Assembly (NCBI GenBank): GCA_054661495.1
Contig: BAAFSQ010000038.1
Coordinates: forward strand, 25,443-57,442
Direction: 5' to 3'
Length of the DNA: 32,000 nt
Origin: Zygophlyctis sp. KS116
Taxonomy: Eukaryota; Fungi; Chytridiomycota
Shown: positions 24,021-32,000 of the stretch, piece after piece
Numbering within the stretch: position 1 is the first letter of the stretch
Layout: each line of letters begins with the position of its first letter
Program-made: the position numbers and the translations under genes
Notes under the pieces: model-generated
Told to the model about the DNA's origin: nothing
Seen by the model: only the letters and a program-made list of their open reading frames with translations
The model's database searches: none

Positions 24021-24615
24021 ATGATCTCGAAAGTCCTCTTTGTGATTGCTTATTTGACTAGTGGTGCTTTTGCGCAACAAGTTAATCATAACACTGAATA
24101 TGCTGGAAGAATACAATGTACTAACCCAAACGTATTCCGTACTAAGAACTTTTATAATTGTGTTTCAAATGTTTTAGGAACTTCTGGAATAATTGCTTCA
24201 GAGGATCAATTCGCTGCATGCTCATCATTGCAGGTAAATCAAGCTAAATACTTTGAATGCATTTGCACAAAGACCGTGGCAATTAGTGACTGGTACACAT
24301 TTACTTTTTTATCCTAGTTATAATAAGCATTGTCCGGGAGATTCTGGATCTTTGGCTGAATCTCAAAATCAAGCCCGCTATTGTGCTGCCTATTCTACTG
24401 CCGTATACATTCCAAAAACTGAATCGTATACTATGCCTGCCTTACCAACTCTGATGGCTCAGGAATCTTATCCTTCTTCATCAATTACTGTTGGATCTCT
24501 ACCTACTGGACAGGCAGTAACTATCCCCAAATTGGAATTTCCTTCAGGGCATTTGTCTAAACAATGGAATCCTGCCTATTTGGCTCTATTGTTGGGCATT
24601 GGCCTATTTTTGTAG
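24021..24615 (+). CDS. Secreted 8-Cys CFEM-like GPI protein (paralog D); intron 24293-24317
   Basis: Signal peptide; DQFAAC..YFECICTK..DC|YNKHCPGD..YC; S/T/P linker; hydrophobic tail. Confidence 0.75.
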
Positions 24616-24649
24616 AGTTATGGAAAAATAAACTTGAAATAATATTGAT

Positions 24650-25120
24650 CTATATTGCAAAAAACATTGCAACAACTGCAACAATTGCTATTCCAATATT
24701 ACCAACAGGATTACCAGTATTTTTGGCAGGAATGGCTAAAGTTGAAGAGGCCATAGGAGAAGCAGTAATACCAGTTGCAGATACGGGCGATCTTGAAGTA
24801 GTAAAAGTCACCCATGGAGCAGGAGGAAGAGCTTTTGGATTCAAATTGACAGCTGAGCAAGATGCAACCAAAGTATTTTGAAAAGCAGCAGCAGCATTCT
24901 GAACAACTGGATCATTTGGGCATTGAAGAAAACATAGATTTCTATTAGCATTTGCATAACACATGCAGATTGCACTCATTGTTGCATTGGTCATTGGCTG
25001 ACAGGTAGATGAGACATAAATGTCATTTTGCTCGATGCAAGGAGTGTAAGTTATGCATCCAGGAGTAGTATCTTGAGAAGAAGCACCAGCCAAAAATAAG
25101 TAAGTCAATTCCAGAAGCAT
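24650..25120 (-). CDS. Secreted 8-Cys GPI-type protein (divergent paralog E), intronless
   Basis: Signal peptide; 8 Cys including ICMC..LCFLQCPND..SC; S/T/P linker; hydrophobic tail. Confidence 0.7.
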   Translation of the reverse strand: MLLELTYLFLAGASSQDTTPGCITYTPCIEQNDIYVSSTCQPMTNATMSAICMCYANANRNLCFLQCPNDPVVQNAAAAFQNTLVASCSAVNLNPKALPPAPWVTFTTSRSPVSATGITASPMASSTLAIPAKNTGNPVGNIGIAIVAVVAMFFAI

Positions 25121-25205
25121 TTTAGTTTTTAGATTTTGTAAACAAACAAGAATCCACGGTGCAAGGGTGGCGTTTGACAGTCAAATCTGCACCATCAGAC
25201 TTTGG

Positions 25206-26540
25206 ATGAACTATTTTAGATCAAGTATCAGACGATTAGCAAATTACTCAAAGTCAAAGCCATTCTTTTCTCATAAGGACGATTTAGTGATCTGCAAGAG
25301 CTTTTTAGAAAAGGGCTTATTGGATGAACCTGCATTGGCTGAAGAATTAGGAAGAAAGCCCCAAAATATTCTATTGAGATGGATGTATCAAATTATTCCT
25401 ACAATGAAGAAAAATAATGATCTTGGCTCAAATGAATTTGCAGAAGAATTAAAAAGAAAGATTCATGAATTGGAAAACACTGTAGACTATAAAAATCACC
25501 GATTTACCAAAGTAGAAGATGAAAAGATTCTTCGCCTTGTAGAAAAATATGGAACCGATTGGCACTTAATATCAAGGGAGATGAGGCCGAGATCTGCACA
25601 CTCAATCTATTGCAGATATAATTCTTGTCTGAAACCGGATGTACAAGGTTATAAGATTCCATTTACCAAGGAGGAAGATGATATAATAAAAAACTTTATG
25701 GAAACTGTTGGGAAAACAATCAGGAACAAATGGTCATATTTATCTAAAGTTTATTTACCCAATCGGCCAGCTAGTTTGCTGAGACTTCGCTGGAGAGTTA
25801 TTAATTCTGATTCAACACCATTCACATTGGATGATTACAAATTATTTTTAAAAGGCTTACATAATTTTGGCCCTGAATTTCATCAAATTTCAAAAGAAAT
25901 CTTTCCTAATAAGCATCCTATTTCTCTACGCAACTTTTGGGTTCATGGTTTGCGTAACTTTGTTCCAGAATTTTATACCTTTAAGTGGACTAGAAGAATG
26001 GACCAGAAGCTGATAAATTCTTGTGTAGATAAAGGATTTGATACAGAGTCTGTTATGGTGGATTTTCCAAAAATCTATGATAAAGCTGAAATTCGGTATC
26101 GTATGACTTATCTATTTAAATTTGTTCCGCCAAATCAAAAATCAATTCCATTCTTTCCATTTGATTCAGTATTTGAAAATATTAGGGCAAGCACTACTGA
26201 CGAACACTATTTAGAAAAAATCAGAGAGAAGCTGGATTCAAAGTTCAAGATTCCAAAGCAATTACTGATTACAAGGACAATTGCTTGTAATCGTAAAACT
26301 GCTAGACCTTTTTCACCGCAACAAGATTCCGAACTGATTGAAATAATTAAAAAAGCTTTAGAAAAGGATCCTTTTGGAAATTTTGGACATGCAAAACCAC
26401 CTTTGCCTCAGAATCCACACCGAGTAATTCTAGAAACCATTGATGTAATGACTTGGAATGAAATTGGTAAAAAGCTGAATCGAGGACCCAAGGACTGCAT
26501 GAATCGATGGTTTCAGCTAAAATACGATGTTTATCATTGA
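25206..26540 (+). CDS. Multi-repeat Myb/SANT-domain protein, intronless
   Basis: Repeats such as FTKVEDEKILRLVEKYGTDWHLISREM.PRS...RY, FTKEEDDII..KWS..LPNR..LRW, and TWNEIGKKLNRGPKDCMNRW. First in-frame ATG is at 25206. Confidence 0.85.
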   Translation: MNYFRSSIRRLANYSKSKPFFSHKDDLVICKSFLEKGLLDEPALAEELGRKPQNILLRWMYQIIPTMKKNNDLGSNEFAEELKRKIHELENTVDYKNHRFTKVEDEKILRLVEKYGTDWHLISREMRPRSAHSIYCRYNSCLKPDVQGYKIPFTKEEDDIIKNFMETVGKTIRNKWSYLSKVYLPNRPASLLRLRWRVINSDSTPFTLDDYKLFLKGLHNFGPEFHQISKEIFPNKHPISLRNFWVHGLRNFVPEFYTFKWTRRMDQKLINSCVDKGFDTESVMVDFPKIYDKAEIRYRMTYLFKFVPPNQKSIPFFPFDSVFENIRASTTDEHYLEKIREKLDSKFKIPKQLLITRTIACNRKTARPFSPQQDSELIEIIKKALEKDPFGNFGHAKPPLPQNPHRVILETIDVMTWNEIGKKLNRGPKDCMNRWFQLKYDVYH

Positions 26541-26551
26541 TTTATTTAAAT

Positions 26552-27261
26552 TTAATACTTTCTGTAATCTCTTGGATCTCGAGTTTCATTTGAATTTCTT
26601 CGTTCTCTTGACCTTCTTCTACTACGTGAATCATGAGAAGCTCTAGAATCCTGATATGGATTGAATTGGTAAGATTGTTGACCATTTCGAGCCATTCTTC
26701 CGTCTCTACCAGCTTGCTGATAAAATCTAGCCATATATGCATGATCATTGTATTGCTGACGCTGATCATATCCTTGATGGCTTCTTTCCTGTCTCTGATG
26801 ATTTTCCACCTGACTAGAATCATTTGGAGTTTCTCGGAACGGATTCGGTTTCGAGCCCAAGTTGGCAAATGTGATCTTAAACGAGGTGCATTTTTCGATA
26901 TGGTTCTTTGCCTTTACAGCGGCATCATGATTAGTGAATTTTAAGAATGCTTCACACTTTGACTTTCCATTTAATTTATCTTCTTTGAATGATAATTCCA
27001 GAGGGAGAAATGAATCGCTAATAGCATTAGTATACGCAATATACCTCTGTCCCGATTCATTAACTAAAGACTCTAAATCATGATCGCTAGTAAACCATTC
27101 CAATCCTGAGACATAAAGAGCTACTAAACTGGAGTTTGGGTCTTTTTCTATCGGTATAGCCGGCAATTCACTTGGCGCAACGGCCTCAATTGGAGACGGC
27201 TCTAATTATTACAATGAAAAAGAGTACCCTCATAATCTAAAACATGATCTTGAAGACTCAT
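26552..27261 (-). CDS. CPSF6: CPSF6/CPSF7 (CFIm68/59)-like RRM protein with RS/RE-rich tail; introns 27202-27227 and 27018-27044 (in-frame)
   Basis: ALYVSGLEWFTSDHDL..F.EDKLNGKSKCEAFL resembles the CFIm68 RRM. C-terminal SRSRRRSRERR. Confidence 0.7.
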
Positions 27262-27271
27262 TAAATACTTA

Positions 27272-28700
27272 TTATTTAAGATTTAGTTTTCCTGAACAGT
27301 CAAATTTAAAATTTGGTGCCCACTTGAATCGTTGATCTAGCGTATCACTGATAAATGAGTTCACTAGAAAATCTTTAAAAGTAATTAGATAATCCTTCAT
27401 AACATTAATATCTGCATTATCATAGGATTGTTCTGATTTAATTTCTTCAAACCAAGTCGCTGCTTTGAATTTAACAGAGAAATTTGAACTAATTGAAGCT
27501 TCATTAATCGCTTTCCACCTGATCTTTATAAAAAAGTAATATACCATGATTCTTTGATTGCAAGCTCTATTTCAGTAGGATTTGCTTCAGGGGCCAAGTA
27601 TCCAGGGAATGCAGCATCATTTGTAACATAAGCAGACCCTGTTTCCGCAATCAAAAAGGGCTTATTTCTCGCAACGACAAAGTTTTGATAAAAATTGTTT
27701 ACCAAAGAATTTCCAATTAATGATGTCTTTCCCGAACTAAGTACATCAAGAGTGACTGGAGTTGTTTGATGTGTAGTAGCATCATGATTGTAATTGTAAA
27801 CTGATAAAGCCACCCAATCTACATATTCATCTCCTGGGTAATAAGGAGTATAAGGGTCATCTAAAGGATCCAAGATATTTGCAGATGCTCCAGTGTTATC
27901 AGTGTTTAATTCTCTGAAATTAGCTACTCTTAAAGGATCCAGACTATCAGGAGTAGGAATGTAACCATCATAACCAGAATTACGAAAAGGGTATCCCATT
28001 CCAATATTTGGAGCCCAAACCATTGCTAATATTTGAATAATTGAATTAAATTACCAGTCATGTTTGTCATTGAACGAACCGCATTTGACATTTTAATGAA
28101 TGCCTGTTTAAATTCAATCGGTCTCATTCCGTACACTGGAAACCAATTCCCATTCATTTCATGCATATATCTGAGAAGTACAGGTACACCATACATTGAG
28201 TTTATATGTCGCATTGTCAAAGCAAATTGTTTATAGAGAACATCTGGAATAGTTTCAATAGGAATCGTAGGAATTATACTAAGCTCCAACATTGCACCAA
28301 CCTTTTCACATTGTTGAGCATTCCATAAAATAATCTCTTGCTGAAAATCAGTTGCATTAAGATTAATAAAAGAATTAAAGTATGTAGGATTTTTCCCCAA
28401 TCGCTGAACCAAGGCTGATGGCAAGTCTCTGTCCCACTGCAAGTCAAATCCCCAGATGAAGCTACCATCAACAGGCTCTAGCCTAGCAAGTTCTGGACTA
28501 TGATAGCACAATTCTGACCTTTCTCCAACGTTTGGAAACTTGATGGCAGCGGGAGGAAGCGGTGGCACCACAGAAAGGGAGTACATTCTAGTCCTGTAGA
28601 TAAGAACAGAGTATGTAGTTATTATTGAAATGGTAATTATCAGGGAGAAGAAAACCTTGAGCCAGAAGAACCCCGCACAAACTGATCTATATAAAGTCAT
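27272..28700 (-). CDS. GH26 family glycoside hydrolase with N-terminal membrane anchor (copy 1); introns 28026-28054 and 27519-27544
   Basis: LRYMHEMNGNW (acid/base Glu), MVWAPN, YYPGDEYVDWVALSVY, KPFLIAETG (nucleophile), WFEEIK. Confidence 0.85.
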
Positions 28701-28732
28701 TCAAAAAAACCTGAAATCAAAAAAACCTGAAA
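28701..28732. repeat. Perfect 16-bp tandem duplication abutting the GH26 copy 1 ATG
   Basis: tcaaaaaaacctgaaa x2. Confidence 0.8.
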
Positions 28733-28834
28733 AATTTAACAATTTTACTTGTATTCACTTAAAAATGATTTTCAAAGTCTTGATATATTTCCATTAGAAA
28801 CGGATCCCATCTGAAGTGCTTTCTTAGTTGGTTT

Positions 28835-30216
28835 TCAGAGATTGATATCTCCAGTACATAGATAAGCCTTTTTTCGGTCAAGGCCATCTACGAAAACACT
28901 ACGGCGTTGAAGAGTCCTGATACTATCTAAAAATACTTTGGTCAATGAGTTTTTAGATGTGATTCTAAAATCTCGCATCACCCTTCCAGCAGGAATATTT
29001 TCGGGTTTAATTTCCTCAAACCAAACAGCTGCCTTGAACAGAGGGGTTGAATTAGCAACGGATACAATTGAATCCATCCATGATTTTTTAACGACTGCTT
29101 CAGTCTGTTCGTCATTTGCAGATGCAAGGATTGGAGTTTCCTTTGGAAGATTAGTATCTGTAGAAGCGCCAGTTTCTGCAAGCATCAAGGGCTTGTTCTT
29201 TTGCAGAACAAAGGTGTTTAGAAACCCATTTTTGTTAAGTTGATCTGCTGCTGTACTAACACCTACTGGAGCTGTATTTCCAGTAGCTGATGATCTAGTA
29301 TAACTGTACAGTGACATTCCAATCCTAGCTTATTAAAATATTTTATTTCTTACCAGTCAACATATTCATCACCAGGATAATACGCAGTATAGGATTCATC
29401 TGAATTATCAATTTTACCATTTTGATTTGTATCAAGCAGCCTAAAATCATCTGATCCAGGAATCGGATAAGTTTCTCTAAACATGGCTGGCGGATCACTA
29501 TAAGTTCCACCGCCGATATTTGGAGCCCAAACCATTGCTGTTAGATTTGTTAATCTGTGAATATAATTTGCAAGTACTATAAACTTTTCTTTGAATGCAG
29601 TGGGCTTTAGTCCATGATATACCATCCATTCACCTATAATTAGACTAATCTATTCACTCTTACCATTCATTTCCGGCGCAAATCTTAGAAACACTGGTAC
29701 TCCATAATATGAATTAATTTTCCGAACTTGAACAGCTAGATTATACAATGTCAAGTCTGTTAAATCTCCAACAGGTATATTGGGCATTATGGTAACCTCC
29801 AACATCCCTTTTAATCTCTGAACCTGTTGTGATTGCCAATTTAGTATATCTGATTCATAATGAGTGTTGTTGATATTGATAAATGTATTAAATATTGGTG
29901 CTGTTTTCCCCAAACGATTACTAATTCTGACTGCATCATCAACATCCCATTGAACACTGAACCCCCATAAGAACTGATCATCATCCGGTTCTAGCCTAGC
30001 TTTATTTTTCCTATAAAAGCATCTTTGATCCGATCTAGAAGCTGGAAACTGAATTGCTGCTGCAGAAAGCACAAATTCTTGTACTGCTTTCCCCTCTTGA
30101 TACTTTCTATACACTAAAAAAGTCTGGAGCCCATAAATAGCTGCTGAAAACATCATGGCAAAGTAAACCTTGAGCCAGAACAAGCATCCACACATGTTTC
30201 TGTAAGTGTTGGACAT
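28835..30216 (-). CDS. GH26 family glycoside hydrolase with N-terminal membrane anchor (copy 2); introns 29634-29663 and 29325-29353
   Basis: LRFAPEMNGEW, MVWAPN, YYPGDEYVDWIGMSLY, KPLMLAETG, FKAAVWFEEIK. Confidence 0.85.
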
Positions 30217-30289
30217 TTTCTGTTCTCTAATAATAGCCTATCATCATAAGAGCGGCAAACTAACGCCACCGTGCAGAAATAACCCAAAT

Positions 30290-30731
30290 AAGATTTATCT
30301 TTCCACAATAAAGTACAAAGCCAACAACTCTGTAAAGATTTCTACGGAAGGCTTTCAGGATATTGATGATTTTATTGAAGCCTGCAAGAAGAAGCTTTCT
30401 CCCCACTTTGATCCATTTGTTCCGGGACCTGCATTGGCCATTGATAAAAGACCAGGACAATCATTGACTCTTTTGCAACCGATTAACTCTCTCCTGTACT
30501 GCTGCTGATGGTCCCTCTCTTCGACCTGGCCTTTTGCTCACAGCTCTTTCTTTTCAACCTGGCTATGTGGAAAATGTCGACGAGAATCCCCTCTTCATCA
30601 GTGTCACAGATAAAACAATAGAAATGATATCAATGCCCTATGGAAAAGCCGAAATGTCATTTATTAGAGAAACAACTGGGATTAACGTAGAGATTCAAGT
30701 TTGGCAAGATATTCCATTTATAGACAAATAA
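30290..30731 (+). pseudogene. Disrupted Crinkler-like (ubiquitin-like header domain) gene fragment
   Basis: IKYKANNSVKISTEGFQDIDDFIEACKKKLSP, then in another frame LTLS..DGPSLRPGLLLT..ENVDENPLFISV. Resembles N-terminal headers of CRN-like proteins of zoosporic fungi; frameshifted and truncated. Confidence 0.55.
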
Positions 30732-30779
30732 TGATCCATTTTCATCAATGAAAATGGATCATTATTTGCCTCAAAAGAG

Positions 30780-31392
30780 TATCAATTGGTTCCTGAAAAT
30801 TATGTCAAAGAAGGATTTGATCTAGTCTACCGTCTTGTCTACTATGTGGTGAAACAATCTCTTATCAACAACGACACCTGCTGTATCTTCAGTCTCTATC
30901 AAACAATAAATAAATTTGGTTTAATTTACTAGATTTCAATCGCTGAAGTGGTGTCATTCGGTGCTCTTTATATACTACTGTTGTCCAATCGGGATTTTAA
31001 TTTGAGACTTCTCGCTTTATAATCTATCCTTTTTGCAGTACAAACCTATCATTGAAGGGATATGAACTGGATAAATTCTAGTAATTAAAAACATTATTCG
31101 AATGCTCCATTAATAGTAGTTGCATCATACGAATCTTTATTACTATACTTAAGAGATCTATTATCTTGAGCTGTCGGTTTATTAAGTAATTAAGTCAAGT
31201 TATAAGCGGTTGAGAATACTGAGTGAGTGAGATCATTCATATAGACTCCAATTCTGATATATATTTTCCTTCCTCATACTTCTTGTATACTAAATAAACC
31301 TGGAATCCACATATAGATCCAGATATTAACAGGGCAAGCATAACCTTGAGCCAGAATAGGAATCCACACATACTTCTGTAAGTGTTTGACAT
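30780..31392 (-). pseudogene. Decayed GH26 paralog (copy 3)
   Basis: 5' end MSNTYRSMCGFLFWLKV..LVYKKYEEGK is close to copy 2, then a stop. Later remnant FNDRFVLQKG* matches FLNTFVLQKNK of copy 2. The catalytic core is missing; the 3' boundary is approximate. Confidence 0.75.
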
Positions 31393-31663
31393 TTTTTTAT
31401 TTTACTATAAATAGTTATTGAAAGGTGCGGCATATTTTTAGACGCCACCAGTCTTAAAATATCATTATGTAACAGTTGTATTATTTATAGAATAAATTTA
31501 CCCGGAAATCTTATTGCAAATTACTTATTTGGATTGCGCTATTATTTTAATACAGTCGTAGGCAAAGAGAAATATCATGTCCGAAAACGCACAGGGCATA
31601 GCAATTTGTCTAAGTAACAAAATTCGTGCTGTATATAATATATGAATATTATTATTAAAAATA

Positions 31664-31999
31664 CTAAAATTTCACTACACCCGAACAGAGATATGTCTTA
31701 TTTCTATCGAGCGAATCTGCCCAAATATAATTTGTGGCTTTATTATCTGAGAGAGCTTCGAAAAACTCTTTTCGAATTGATTGAGAGAATGTCATTCTAT
31801 AGTCTCTCATAACTCTTACATTCGAGAGCCCATAAGAAGATTCCTCTTTAATTTCCTCGAACCAAACAGCCGCCTTAAAGTTTGGGAGTTTTCTAATCGC
31901 ATCAATTATTGATTTAACCCAAGAAATTTTGGATAAAAGTTCATTTTTGGAAGCATTTGGATCATCTAGAATTACTCTTCTTTGACTTTTTTGATTTGA
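31664..31999 (-). CDS. 3' end of a fourth GH26 paralog (continues beyond the window; absent from the ORF track)
   Basis: SWVKSIIDAIRKLPNFKAAVWFEEIKEE..VMRDYRMT..DSLDRNKTYLCSGVVKF*. Confidence 0.85.
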   Translation of the reverse strand, partial: SNQKSQRRVILDDPNASKNELLSKISWVKSIIDAIRKLPNFKAAVWFEEIKEESSYGLSNVRVMRDYRMTFSQSIRKEFFEALSDNKATNYIWADSLDRNKTYLCSGVVKF

Positions 32000-32000
32000 G

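Overview
AT-rich, extremely gene-dense eukaryotic nuclear DNA using the standard code (TAA, TAG and TGA all act as stops). Gene content points to an early-diverging, probably chytrid-like fungus; this is inference. Fungal-type genes (SPO7, STM1, NTA1, IRC3, Crinkler-like header) sit beside genes budding yeast lacks (PRL phosphatase, FAM72, CPSF6, CMTR1-like). The ORF track looks fragmented because genes are split by ultra-short GT-AG introns. I reconstructed about 57 by hand, all 23-33 nt with a mode of 26 nt, and removing them restores conserved motifs. Intergenic DNA is almost absent: co-oriented neighbours are often 4-24 nt apart, one convergent pair overlaps, and most divergent pairs share 30-115 nt spacers with recurrent CG-containing motifs. 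Bases 1-21.8 kb hold housekeeping genes plus a REJ/GPS polycystin-like receptor. Bases 21.9-32 kb are more accessory: five paralogous 8-Cys CFEM-like GPI proteins, a Myb-repeat gene, CPSF6, and a tandem array of membrane-anchored GH26 hydrolases (two intact, one decayed, one partial) interrupted by a Crinkler-like relic. All calls come from manual reading; no searches were run.
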